Counted from the first letter of the stretch, positions 40,357-49,876 are shown. The stretch: 58,443 nt of DNA from Pseudomonadota bacterium (GCA_041159205.1 JBEAZY010000178.1:1-58443), one strand, 5' to 3'. Notes: generated by a model from the sequence alone, not told the origin. Numbers and translations are program-made.

Positions 40357-41075
40357 GTGCGCCCCCTGTTTGGCGACACCCTGCGTTTTGGCAGGGCATG
40401 CGCGACATCTCTGGGCTCTCGATCGGCATTGCCGCTTGGGGGCTGATGACGGGGGTGGCCATGGCCAACGCCCACATCGGCACGGCAGCGGCCCTCTTCA
40501 TGGCCACCTGGGTGTTCGCCGGCAGCTCGATGCTGGCCGCCATTCCACTGCTGGCCCAGGAGGCCCCGATGTGGGTGATTCTGGCCACCGGCTTTTGTGT
40601 CAATTTGCGCTTTGTCGTCTTTAGCGCCCATTTGCGGCCCTATCTGGCGCACTGGCCCCGGGGACAGCGGTTGGTGCTGGCCTATTTGACGGCGGACCTG
40701 AGCTATGTCCAATTTGTGCGCCGTTTTGCACAGCCGCCGCGCGACCAGGCCGAGCAGATCGAACAGCGGGCCTATTTGCTGGGCAACACCAGTCTGAACT
40801 GGGCCAGTTGGACCGTGGCCGGCTGGGCCGGGGTGCTGCTGGCGCAATGGGTGCCGACGCATTGGGGTTTGGGGTTCGCGGGCATGTGTGCCCTGACGGG
40901 TTTGACCATTTCTCTGGCGCAAGACCGCTACAAAGCGCTGTCGGCCCTGCTGGCGGGCAGTGCGGCCGTGGCCAGCGCGGCCCTGCCGCTGAAACTCAAT
41001 ATTCTGCTGGGCATTTCGGTGGCTGTGGCGCTGTGTCTGTGGATCGCGCCCCGCCCCAGGCCGGAGGGCGCATGA
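40353..41075 (+). CDS. azlC: AzlC family branched-chain amino acid exporter permease
   Basis: VFAGSS.LA, VNLRF, YLTAD, multiple TMs; paired with azlD. Confidence 0.85.
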   Translation: MSAPPVWRHPAFWQGMRDISGLSIGIAAWGLMTGVAMANAHIGTAAALFMATWVFAGSSMLAAIPLLAQEAPMWVILATGFCVNLRFVVFSAHLRPYLAHWPRGQRLVLAYLTADLSYVQFVRRFAQPPRDQAEQIEQRAYLLGNTSLNWASWTVAGWAGVLLAQWVPTHWGLGFAGMCALTGLTISLAQDRYKALSALLAGSAAVASAALPLKLNILLGISVAVALCLWIAPRPRPEGA

Positions 41076-41419
41076 GCGAGCGCGAGGGGTGGGTCTGGCT
41101 GACCATTCTGGCCCTGGGTGGCGTGACGGTGCTGACGCGTGGCTTTTTTATTTTTTCGAATCGACCCTGGCCCATGCCGGCCTGGTTGGAGCGTGGCCTG
41201 CTGTACGCCCCGATTGCCGCGCTGGCGGCGGTGATCGCGCCGGAAGTGCTGACCTCGCAGGGCCAACTGATAGACACTTGGCGCGACGCCCGACCCTGGG
41301 CGGCACTGACCTCGGCTTTGTTTTACCTGAAGTTTCGCCACCACCGGCATGCCGTGTTGGGCACCATGGTGGCCGGCATGGTGGTATTCCTGCCCTTGCG
41401 TGTCAGCCTGGGTTGGTAG
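41072..41419 (+). CDS. azlD: AzlD domain membrane protein
   Basis: [21 protein letters not shown]; ATGA overlap with azlC. Confidence 0.82.
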   Translation: MSEREGWVWLTILALGGVTVLTRGFFIFSNRPWPMPAWLERGLLYAPIAALAAVIAPEVLTSQGQLIDTWRDARPWAALTSALFYLKFRHHRHAVLGTMVAGMVVFLPLRVSLGW

Positions 41420-41439
41420 GCCGCCTTAAAATTCGCGCC

Positions 41440-42630
41440 ATGAAAATCAACCGTTTTGCCGATTTGTGTGCCCAGGGCCAGGCCCGGGGCCGCCGCGTGT
41501 TCATTCGCGCCGACCTCAATGTGCCCCAAGACGATGCCGGGCAGATCACCGAAGACACGCGCATACGCGCCTCGGTGCCGTGCATTCAGATGGCGCTGGA
41601 TGCCGGTGCTGCGGTCATGGTGACCTCGCACCTCGGGCGCCCCACCGAGGGCGAGTTCAAGCCCGAGGACACCCTGGCGCCCATCGCCCAGCGTCTGGCG
41701 CAGCTGCTGGGCCGCCCTGTGCCGCTGGTGGCCGATTGGGTCGGCGGCGTCCAGGTGCAGCCCGGTCAAGTGGTCTTGCTCGAGAACTGCCGCGTGAACC
41801 CGGGAGAGAAGAAAAACGACCCCAAGCTGGCGCGCCAAATAGCCGACTTGTGCGACATCTATGTGAACGACGCATTTGGCACCGCGCACCGGGCCGAGGG
41901 CACCACTTATGGCATCGCCCAGTTTGCACCTGTGGCCTGTGCGGGCCCTTTGCTGGCGGCAGAAATCGACGCCATTACTCAGGCCTTGGCCCACCCCAGG
42001 CGGCCTTTGGCCGCCATCGTGGCCGGCTCGAAGGTTAGCACCAAATTGACGATATTGAAAAGCCTGTCGGGCAAGGTCGACCAGCTGATCGTGGGCGGCG
42101 GCATCGCCAACACCTTCATGCTGGCCAGTGGGCTGGGCATCGGCAAGAGCCTGGCCGAACCGGCCCTGGTCGCCGAAGCACTGGCGGTGATCGAGGCAAT
42201 GAAGGCGCGTGGCGCGGAAGTGCCGATCCCGACCGATGTGGTGGTGGCCAAATCCTTTGCGGCCGACGCCCAGGCCACGCTGAAAAAAGCCACTGAAGTG
42301 GCCGACGATGACCTGATTCTGGACATCGGCCCCGAGACCGCCCAAAGACTGGCCCGGCAGCTCAAAGCCGCCGGCACCATCGTCTGGAACGGGCCGCTGG
42401 GGGTGTTTGAGTGGGATGCCTTTGCGCACGGCACCGAAGTCGTCGCCCGCGCCATCGCCGAGTCAAGCGCGTTCTCGATCGCCGGGGGCGGCGACACGCT
42501 GGCCGCGATTGCCAAATACGGCATCGAAGACCAGGTCGGCTATATCTCGACCGGAGGCGGTGCCTTTTTGGAGGTGCTTGAAGGCAAAACCCTGCCCGCC
42601 TTTGAGATTTTGCAACAAAGGGCGGCCTGA
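41440..42630 (+). CDS. pgk: Phosphoglycerate kinase
   Basis: [55 protein letters not shown]. Confidence 0.98.
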   Translation: MKINRFADLCAQGQARGRRVFIRADLNVPQDDAGQITEDTRIRASVPCIQMALDAGAAVMVTSHLGRPTEGEFKPEDTLAPIAQRLAQLLGRPVPLVADWVGGVQVQPGQVVLLENCRVNPGEKKNDPKLARQIADLCDIYVNDAFGTAHRAEGTTYGIAQFAPVACAGPLLAAEIDAITQALAHPRRPLAAIVAGSKVSTKLTILKSLSGKVDQLIVGGGIANTFMLASGLGIGKSLAEPALVAEALAVIEAMKARGAEVPIPTDVVVAKSFAADAQATLKKATEVADDDLILDIGPETAQRLARQLKAAGTIVWNGPLGVFEWDAFAHGTEVVARAIAESSAFSIAGGGDTLAAIAKYGIEDQVGYISTGGGAFLEVLEGKTLPAFEILQQRAA

Positions 42631-42669
42631 GGTCTGGCCGGATGCGCACGGCGCAGTCTGGCCGGTCGG

Positions 42670-43572
42670 TTAAGCCACGATGCGTTGGCAGGCTTCGCGG
42701 TAGCGGGCAGCGGTTTGCTCGATGACCGCCTGTGGCAAGCGTGGGGCGGGGGCGGTTTTGTCCCAGGGTTTGCCGCCCACTTGGGCGGTCTCGAGCCAAT
42801 CGCGCAGGTATTGCTTGTCAAAGCTGGGCGGATTGGCGCCTTCGCGCCAGGTGTCAGCCGGCCAGTAGCGTGAAGAATCCGGGGTGAGCACCTCGTCCAT
42901 CAGGGTCAGGGTGCCGTCGGCATCGAGTCCAAACTCAAACTTGGTGTCGGCGATGATGATGCCTTTTTCCAGGGCGATGTCGCGCGCCGCCACATACAGG
43001 CGGATGCTGATGTCGCGGATGCGCGCCGCCAGGTCGGGGCCGGTCAGTTCAACCACGCGCTGAAAGGAAATGTTCTCGTCGTGCTCGCCCACGGCGGCTT
43101 TTGCCGCCGGGGTGAAGATGGGCTCGGGCAAGCGGCTGGCGTTGCGCAGGCCCTCCGGCAAGGGGACGCCGCACACCGAGCGGTTGTGCTGGTATTCCTG
43201 CCAACCACTGCCAGCCAGATAGCCACGCACCACCGCTTCGACCGCGATGGGTTTGAGTCGCTTGACCAACATGGAGCGGCCTTGCACCTGGGCCACTTCG
43301 TCGGGGGCCACCACCGACTCGGGCGCCAGGCCGGTGAGGTGAGTCGGGCAAATGTTCAGGCCCTGTGGGCCCAATCGCTCAAACCAATACAAGGCCATGC
43401 GGGTGAGCAATTCGCCTTTGCCCGGAATGGGCTCGCCCATGATGACATCGAAGGCGCTGATGCGGTCAGTTGCCACCATCAGGATGCGGTCTGAGCCGAT
43501 GGCGTAGTTGTCGCGCACCTTGCCACGGGCCAACAGCGGCAGCGAGTGCAGATGAGAGGTGTGCAGACTCAA
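42670..43572 (-). CDS. purC: SAICAR synthetase
   Basis: [49 protein letters not shown]; TTG start overlaps the fba stop. Confidence 0.97.
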   Translation of the reverse strand: MSLHTSHLHSLPLLARGKVRDNYAIGSDRILMVATDRISAFDVIMGEPIPGKGELLTRMALYWFERLGPQGLNICPTHLTGLAPESVVAPDEVAQVQGRSMLVKRLKPIAVEAVVRGYLAGSGWQEYQHNRSVCGVPLPEGLRNASRLPEPIFTPAAKAAVGEHDENISFQRVVELTGPDLAARIRDISIRLYVAARDIALEKGIIIADTKFEFGLDADGTLTLMDEVLTPDSSRYWPADTWREGANPPSFDKQYLRDWLETAQVGGKPWDKTAPAPRLPQAVIEQTAARYREACQRIVA

Positions 43573-44633
43573 CGGACCACCTGGGCCAGCTCACCCTTGG
43601 CATAGCGCTGCGCCATGGCGCTGAGGCCCATGCCTTTGATTTTGGCGGCCTGGCCTTCGCAGCCAAACTCGAGGTAGCGCTGTTTGCAAATCGCTTTGGC
43701 CGCTTCGCGGGCCGGCTTCATCCACTCGCGCATGTCAAATTTGTCGGGGTTATGGGCCTGAAACTGTCGCACCGCGCCGGTCATGGCCAAACGGATGTCG
43801 GTGTCGATGTTGATTTTGCGCACGCCGTATTTGATGGCGTGCTGAATCTCTTCCACCGGCACCCCATAGGTTTCTTTCATCTTGCCGCCGTACTGGTTGA
43901 TGATGGCGAGCAGGTCTTGCGGCACGCTGGAGGATCCGTGCATGACCAAGTGGGTGTTGGGGATGCGGGCGTGGATTTCCTTGACCCGGCTGATGGCCAA
44001 AATGTCGCCGGTGGGCTTGCGGGTGAATTTGTAAGCGCCGTGGCTGGTGCCAATGGCAATGGCCAGGGCGTCGAGCTGGGTGGCCTTGACAAACTGGGCG
44101 GCCTCTTCGGGGTCGGTCAACATTTGGCTGTGGTCGAGCTTGCCCGCCGCGCCTATGCCGTCTTCTTCGCCTGCTTCGCCGGTTTCGAGCGAGCCCAGGC
44201 AGCCCAATTCGCCTTCGACCGTGACGCCCACCTGATGGGCCATCTGGACCACCTGTCGGGTGACCTCGATGTTGTAGTCAAAAGAGGCCGGGGTTTTGCC
44301 GTCTTCCATCAAAGAGCCGTCCATCATGACCGAGCCAAAGCCCAGCCCGATGGCGCCCTGACAGACCTTGGGGCTGGTGCCATGGTCTTGGTGCATCACC
44401 AGAGGGATGTGCGGATAAGCCTCGGTAGCGGCCTGAATCAGGTGCTTGATGAAGGGCTCGCCGGCGTATTTGCGGGCACCGGCGCTGGCCTGCAAAATGA
44501 CCGGGGCCCCGACTTCGTCGGCGGCCGCCATGACGGCCTGGACTTGCTCGAGGTTGTTGACATTGAAGGCGGGTATGCCATAGGTGTGTTCTGCCGCATG
44601 GTCGAGCAGTTCACGCATCGAGACGAGAGCCAT
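43569..44633 (-). CDS. fba: Fructose-bisphosphate aldolase class II
   Basis: [46 protein letters not shown]. Confidence 0.97.
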   Translation of the reverse strand: MALVSMRELLDHAAEHTYGIPAFNVNNLEQVQAVMAAADEVGAPVILQASAGARKYAGEPFIKHLIQAATEAYPHIPLVMHQDHGTSPKVCQGAIGLGFGSVMMDGSLMEDGKTPASFDYNIEVTRQVVQMAHQVGVTVEGELGCLGSLETGEAGEEDGIGAAGKLDHSQMLTDPEEAAQFVKATQLDALAIAIGTSHGAYKFTRKPTGDILAISRVKEIHARIPNTHLVMHGSSSVPQDLLAIINQYGGKMKETYGVPVEEIQHAIKYGVRKINIDTDIRLAMTGAVRQFQAHNPDKFDMREWMKPAREAAKAICKQRYLEFGCEGQAAKIKGMGLSAMAQRYAKGELAQVVR

Positions 44634-44726
44634 GGTGGATCCTGAAAATTGGAAAAAGCGTCAGACTCTGATTTTAGACTGCCTGCGCAAGGCGGCCACC
44701 AGCGCCGAGATCGAGGGCGCAAAAGC

Positions 44727-46013
44727 TCAAGACATGCGTCTGATGCACCGGATCAGGTGGTTTTGGGTGTCGGCCACCCAGAGATTGCCGCTGGCATCCA
44801 GGCTGAGGCCTGTCGGGAGATTGAATTCGGCCCCTGTGCCGGTGCCGTCCTGATAACCACCGTCATGAACCGATGTGCCGGCCAGGGTGCTCACGACCCC
44901 GGCGGGCGTGATCTGCCTGATCAGGTGGTTTGCGGTGTCAGCGACATAAACGACCCCCGAGGCATCGATGGCCAGACCACTGGGTGTATTAAAACTGGCT
45001 GCCGTGCCGGTGCCATCTGTCTGCCCGTATTGGGGCTCAAGCGGGGCGGGGTTTTGGGTGCCAGCCACTGTTGTCACCCGACCGCTGGCGAGATCAATCT
45101 GCCGGATCAGGTGGTTGTCGGTGTCGGCCACCCAAAGCTGACGGGCATTGGGGTCGAGTGCCAGCGCCGTGGGGTTGTTGAATTGGGCGACCGAGCCCAG
45201 CCCATTGGCAGAGCCTGCCACACCTGTGCCATAAGCGTCTAGGTTGCCAGCCAAAATGCTGACCTGCCGGCTGGAGAGGTCGATCTGCCGGATCAGATGG
45301 TTATAGCTGTCGGCCACATACACCTGCCCCGAGGCATCCACGGCCACACCGGAAGGGGAGTACAAGGTGAGGCCGCCAGCTGGGTCCGGGTCATCCGGGG
45401 TCGGCGTGGCCGCCCCGTTGGGCAAGGTGCTGACCTGGCCTGCCACGCTGATGCAGCGGATGAGGTCACTGTTTTGGTCGGCGACATAAAGATTGCCACT
45501 GGCATCGAGACACAAGCCGTAAGGCTCATTGAATGTCGCGCTCAAGCGCGTGCCATTTGTGTTGGCCGGGTTCACTTTGGGTTTTTGGCCTGCCCAGGTC
45601 TCGACCGCCGCCGTTTGCAGATCGACGCGACGGATCAGCCCATTTTGACTGTCGGCGACATAGAGGTGGCCCTGACCGTCCAGCGCGATACCGACCGGAA
45701 ATTTGAATTGGGCCGTCGAGCCCGTGCCGTCTTGGTAACCGCCCAGCCCCGTTCCGTTGGCATCGGTGCTGCCGGCCCAGGTGCTGACCACCCAATAGGC
45801 GGCGCCCGGCGCAGAACCGCTGCCGCTGCCCGAACCGCTGCCGCTGCCCGAACCACTTCCACTGCCCGAACCACTTCCGCTGCCCGAACCGCTGCCGCTG
45901 CCCGAACCGCTGCCGCTGTTTCCGCTTGGCGCACCGCCACCGCCGCCGCCACCACAAGCCGATAGCGTCAAGCCCGCCACACCCAGTAACACTTGTCTTC
46001 TTTCCAAGTTCAT
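44727..46013 (-). CDS. NHL-repeat (six-bladed beta-propeller) lipoprotein with Ser-Gly linker
   Basis: RRQVL twin-Arg leader, LSAC lipobox, poly-Gly, (SG)n, six F..P.G...D..G.LYVAD..N..IR-type repeats. Possible TTG start at 46007. Confidence 0.85.
   Translation of the reverse strand: MNLERRQVLLGVAGLTLSACGGGGGGGAPSGNSGSGSGSGSGSGSGSGSGSGSGSGSGSGSGSGSGSAPGAAYWVVSTWAGSTDANGTGLGGYQDGTGSTAQFKFPVGIALDGQGHLYVADSQNGLIRRVDLQTAAVETWAGQKPKVNPANTNGTRLSATFNEPYGLCLDASGNLYVADQNSDLIRCISVAGQVSTLPNGAATPTPDDPDPAGGLTLYSPSGVAVDASGQVYVADSYNHLIRQIDLSSRQVSILAGNLDAYGTGVAGSANGLGSVAQFNNPTALALDPNARQLWVADTDNHLIRQIDLASGRVTTVAGTQNPAPLEPQYGQTDGTGTAASFNTPSGLAIDASGVVYVADTANHLIRQITPAGVVSTLAGTSVHDGGYQDGTGTGAEFNLPTGLSLDASGNLWVADTQNHLIRCIRRMS
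45814..45918. repeat. 18-bp tandem repeat (5 full + 1 partial unit) encoding (SG)n
   Basis: Consensus GAACCGCTGCCGCTGCCC; units 3 and 4 share the variant GAACCACTTCC. Confidence 0.92.
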
Positions 46014-46020
46014 CTCCTAG

Positions 46021-46100
46021 GGAGGTCCTGCAAAACCCCATGCGCCGTGGCATCCCGTTTTTGGGCGCCACTTGCACGCTGCGAGTTTTGCAGGACTGCC
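46021..46100. mobile_element. 80-bp MITE-like inverted-repeat element
   Basis: Perfect 12-bp IR GTCCTGCAAAAC (46025-46036) / GTTTTGCAGGAC (46085-46096); flanked by CTAG and CTGA; right end shares GCGAGTTTTGCAGGACT with the element at 31843-31996. Confidence 0.6.
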
Positions 46101-46246
46101 CTGACTGCATGTGCCCCACTGAGAGCGCCCCGGGTCCCGTGCGGCCCATGGTGCATCGAGTGATTGCGATCCAATACGTCTTATTTTAGCTATAAATAGT
46201 TATTTTTTGGCTTGCGCCGGGCCGGTGTGGCTGAATCTGGCAGGCA

Positions 46247-47698
46247 TCAGGCGACGCGGCAGATCTTGAGCATATTGGTGCCGCCCGGCGACCCCATGGG
46301 CTCGCCGCAGGTGATGGCGTAAATGTCACCCGGGCGCACGATGCCACGGCGTTTGAGGTCTTCTTCGGCCTGGCGCAGGGCGGTATCGCGATCGCTGCTG
46401 GACTCCATCAACAAAGGTCGCACATTGCGGTACAAGGCCATTTTGCGCTGTGTCGACAGCTTGCTGGTCAGGGCGTAGATGGGGATGTGGATGCGGTGGC
46501 GGCTCATCCACAAGGCAGTCGAGCCCGATTCGGTCATGGCCACCAGGGCCTTGGCGCCCAGATGATGGGCCGTGAACAGGGCGCCCATGGCGATGGTCTG
46601 ATCGATGCGGGCGAATTGCCGGTCACTGAAATCGGCGTCGAGCTCGATCCGCTCGGCAGCCTCGGCGGCGGCACAAATGGCGACCATCTCGCGCACGGTC
46701 TCGAGGGGGTATTTGCCGGAGGCGGTTTCGGCGCTGGTCATGACCGCGTCGGTGCCGTCGAGCACGGCATTGGCAACATCGCTGACTTCGGCCCGGGTGG
46801 GCACCGGGTTGTTGATCATGCTCTCCATCATCTGGGTCGCGGTGATGGTGACTTTGTCGTACTCTTGGGCCAAGCGTATCATGTGCTTTTGCAAGGCTGG
46901 CACAGCGGCGTTGCCGACTTCAATGGCGAGGTCGCCGCGCGCCACCATGATGCCGTCGCTGGCCTGCAAGATTTCTTCCAGGTGCGGAATGGCTTCGGCG
47001 CGCTCGATTTTGGCGATCAGCGCGGGGCGGTGTTTGTGCTCGGCCCCCGCCACGTTGGCCAGTTGGCGCGCCAACTCCATGTCGGTGGCGTTTTTGGGAA
47101 AGCTGATGGCCAGATAGTCGGCCTGAAAGGCCATCGCAACCTTGATGTCCTCCATGTCTTTGGCCGTCAGGGCAGGTGCCGTCAGGCCCCCGCCCTTTTT
47201 GTTGATGCCCTTGTTGTTGGACAACTCTCCGCCGATCTTGACGCGGGTGTGGACCTGCTCGCCCAGCACCCGGGTGACTTCCAGTACGATGAGGCCATCG
47301 TTGAGCAGCAGGGTATCGCCCGCGATCACGTCGCGCGGCAACTCTTTGTAGTCGAGCCCGACCCCATGCTCGTCACCCGCTTCGCTGCGCAAGGCGTCGA
47401 GAATAAAGTCTTGCCCCGCTTGCAGCTGGACTTTGCCCTGCGCAAACCGACCCACGCGAATCTTGGGGCCCTGCAGGTCGGCCATGATGGCCACTTCCCG
47501 GCCCGCACGCTGGGCGGCCTCGCGCACCAGGCGCGCGCGCTCGATGTGGTCTTGCGCGGTGCCGTGACTGAAATTCAGGCGCACCACATTCACGCCGGCG
47601 CGGATCATTTCCTCCAGCAGATCAGGGGCGCTGGATGCAGGCCCCAGGGTGACCACGATTTTGGTCGAACGATGGACGGCGGGGGGGGTAGATTTCAT
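46247..47698 (-). CDS. pyk: Pyruvate kinase
   Basis: TKIVVTLGPAS, RLNFSHG, DLQGPKIR, IAKIE, MVARGDL, ATQMMESM, RAEVSDVANAVLDGTDAVM. Confidence 0.98.
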   Translation of the reverse strand: MKSTPPAVHRSTKIVVTLGPASSAPDLLEEMIRAGVNVVRLNFSHGTAQDHIERARLVREAAQRAGREVAIMADLQGPKIRVGRFAQGKVQLQAGQDFILDALRSEAGDEHGVGLDYKELPRDVIAGDTLLLNDGLIVLEVTRVLGEQVHTRVKIGGELSNNKGINKKGGGLTAPALTAKDMEDIKVAMAFQADYLAISFPKNATDMELARQLANVAGAEHKHRPALIAKIERAEAIPHLEEILQASDGIMVARGDLAIEVGNAAVPALQKHMIRLAQEYDKVTITATQMMESMINNPVPTRAEVSDVANAVLDGTDAVMTSAETASGKYPLETVREMVAICAAAEAAERIELDADFSDRQFARIDQTIAMGALFTAHHLGAKALVAMTESGSTALWMSRHRIHIPIYALTSKLSTQRKMALYRNVRPLLMESSSDRDTALRQAEEDLKRRGIVRPGDIYAITCGEPMGSPGGTNMLKICRVA

Positions 47699-47822
47699 GC
47701 AGTCATTCTCACATTTGGCTGAATTTTGGCAAGCCTTGTAAATATGCACGATTTAGTACTTTGGTGTTGATAACTGGATTAAAAAATGCACAATTTGATG
47801 GATAACTCTGCCGGAGATTCGA

Positions 47823-48491
47823 ATGCAATCCATTCCTTTTTACAAAGCCGAAGCGCACTTGCGTCACCTGCCACACCAGAGCTTGCGCGGGCTGGCGCAA
47901 CGGGGTCGTTTGGTCCATTTCAAGTCCAATACCCAAGTCATCACCCAGGGCCAGAGCGGCAACGAGGTGTTTGTCGTTCTCGATGGTCGCCTGGAGGCCT
48001 ATATTCACTCGAATGGCCGCAAAGAGCGGCGTCTGACGCTGGCGATGTTGCAATCAGGCGACATTTTTGGCGAAATCGGAGTGGATGGCGGGCCCCGCAG
48101 CGCCTCTGTATGCACCGTGACTCCGACGCTGTGCGCCATGGTGTCGCAGCCCGCAGTGGAGGAACAGCGCACACAGGACTTGGGCTTGCAAGAGTTGCTG
48201 GCCCACACGGCCAATCAACGCAACCGGCTCAACACCCAGCTGATGACGCAGACCCTTTTCAATGACATCTACACCCGCATGGTCGAGTTGCTGGTTTCAC
48301 TCGCACACGCCAGTGGCCAGCGCACGCTGCACATTGCCGATCGCATCACCCACCAAGAGATCGCGAACCGCCTGGGCTGCAGCCGTGAGATGGTGAGTCG
48401 ATTGCTTAAAGACCTGGAAAAAGGCCAATACATTTCGCGCCGAAAAGACCGCACCCTGGTGTTGCACCCCCCGCTCCCGGTGGCCTGGTGA
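47823..48491 (+). CDS. Crp/Fnr family transcriptional regulator
   Basis: cNMP-binding domain GDIFGE...PRSASV; HTH ITHQEIANRLGCSREMVSRLL; no FNR-type N-terminal Cys cluster; GGAG RBS. Confidence 0.9.
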   Translation: MQSIPFYKAEAHLRHLPHQSLRGLAQRGRLVHFKSNTQVITQGQSGNEVFVVLDGRLEAYIHSNGRKERRLTLAMLQSGDIFGEIGVDGGPRSASVCTVTPTLCAMVSQPAVEEQRTQDLGLQELLAHTANQRNRLNTQLMTQTLFNDIYTRMVELLVSLAHASGQRTLHIADRITHQEIANRLGCSREMVSRLLKDLEKGQYISRRKDRTLVLHPPLPVAW

Positions 48492-48632
48492 GGCTCAGGG
48501 CCATGCACTGACCTGGGTCAAATGGGGGGCAGGCCGAAACCCGCGCGTCAGCAATTTTGGCGATAATGCCAGAGGAATTCGTTCAACCGCGATGGTCCGG
48601 CAGGGCCGGGCGTGGCAGCGAGTGCGATGGCG

Positions 48633-48647
48633 TGGCAATTTGCTTGC
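48633..48647 (+). promoter_or_regulatory. Candidate sigma54 (-24/-12) promoter for the desaturase
   Basis: TGGCAATTTGCTTGC has the GG-N10-GC spacing with TGGC and TTGC cores. Confidence 0.4.
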
Positions 48648-48781
48648 GGCTGTGATGTCTGTGGCCAAGGCCTCAGAACACAAAGAACAGGCCCATGGCC
48701 CCCCTTGTACCCCTGCCCCCCTGCCCCCCTGCCGCACCGAAAGTGCGCCTTCCGGATCGTCACGGTTCAAATCTGGGCTTC

Positions 48782-49876
48782 ATGCCCTACCTGAGCACCT
48801 ACATGAGCGTCATTGATCAACCCCTAGCCCCCGGACAACCCCTTCCTCATCGAAAAATCATTCGCGAATGGCTGCTGCCCCTGGCCGAGCGCACGGTGCG
48901 CCATGCCATTGGGCTGATGGTCCTCGATTTCTCACTTTGGTTTGGCTTGCTGGCCGGTACGGTTTACTTTGACGCCTGGTGGCTCAAACTGTTGTCCGGT
49001 CTGGCCGCCGGATTTGTGATTGGACGCCTGTTCATCATCGGTCACGATGGTTGCCACCAAAGCCTGACCCCGCACCGGGGCTTGAACAAGTGGCTGGGGC
49101 GCATCGCTTTTTTGCCCTCGTTGACGCCTTACAGCCTGTGGGATGTGGGCCACAATGTGGTCCATCATGGTTACACCAACCTCAAGGGCTTTGATTTTGT
49201 GTGGGCCCCTTTGACCCGGGAAGAGTATGAGGCCCTGGGCCCGATGGGTCGCCTGATGGACCGCGTGTACCGCAGCGGTTGGGCCCCCGGGGTTTATTAC
49301 ATGGTTGAGATCTGGTGGAAGCGCATGTTCTTCCCCTCGGCCAAACACATGCCCACCCGGCGCAGAATTTTCTGGCTGGATAACCTCTTGGTGAGTTCCT
49401 TCGGCCTGTTGTGGCTGGGTGCGCTGGCCTGGGCCAGCGTGGCCACCGAGCAGTCGCTGTGGCTGATTTGGGCCTGCGGATTTGGCGTGCCCTTTCTGTT
49501 TTGGTGCGCCATGATCGGGTTTGTGGTGTATGTGCATCACACCCATGAGCGGGTGTGCTGGCACAACGACCGCGCGGCCTGGTCCAAGGCTCAGCCTTTC
49601 GTGTCGACCACCGTCCACCTGACCTTCCCCTTCAATGTGGGCGCCCTGATGCACCACATCATGGAACACACGGCCCACCATGTGGACATGAGCATCCCTC
49701 TGTACAAGCTGAAACAGGCGCAAGCCAAGCTGGAAGAAATGTTGCCGGGGCGCATCATCATCCAGCGTTTCTCATGGCGCTGGTACTTTGACACGGCGCG
49801 CAAGTGCAAGTTGTATGACTTCTCGCGCCAAACCTGGACCGACTACCGGGGCCGCCCGACCCCTGAGCTCAGTTGA
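48782..49876 (+). CDS. Membrane fatty acid desaturase (Delta12/omega-6-like)
   Basis: His boxes HDGCH, HNVVHH, HTAHH plus YVHHT; C-terminal HH...IP.Y.L..A. Alternative start 48803. Confidence 0.88.
   Translation: MPYLSTYMSVIDQPLAPGQPLPHRKIIREWLLPLAERTVRHAIGLMVLDFSLWFGLLAGTVYFDAWWLKLLSGLAAGFVIGRLFIIGHDGCHQSLTPHRGLNKWLGRIAFLPSLTPYSLWDVGHNVVHHGYTNLKGFDFVWAPLTREEYEALGPMGRLMDRVYRSGWAPGVYYMVEIWWKRMFFPSAKHMPTRRRIFWLDNLLVSSFGLLWLGALAWASVATEQSLWLIWACGFGVPFLFWCAMIGFVVYVHHTHERVCWHNDRAAWSKAQPFVSTTVHLTFPFNVGALMHHIMEHTAHHVDMSIPLYKLKQAQAKLEEMLPGRIIIQRFSWRWYFDTARKCKLYDFSRQTWTDYRGRPTPELS

Noticed and set aside
45814-45918. Tandem repeat as a CRISPR array
   Set aside because: The units are contiguous with no unique spacers, are in frame within a CDS, and no cas genes are present.
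47767-47782. FNR box TTGAT...ATTAA upstream of crp
   Set aside because: The spacer is 6 nt rather than 4 and the second half is imperfect.
48651-48666. CRP box upstream of the desaturase
   Set aside because: Only the TGTGA half-site is present; the second half (TGGCC) does not match TCACA.
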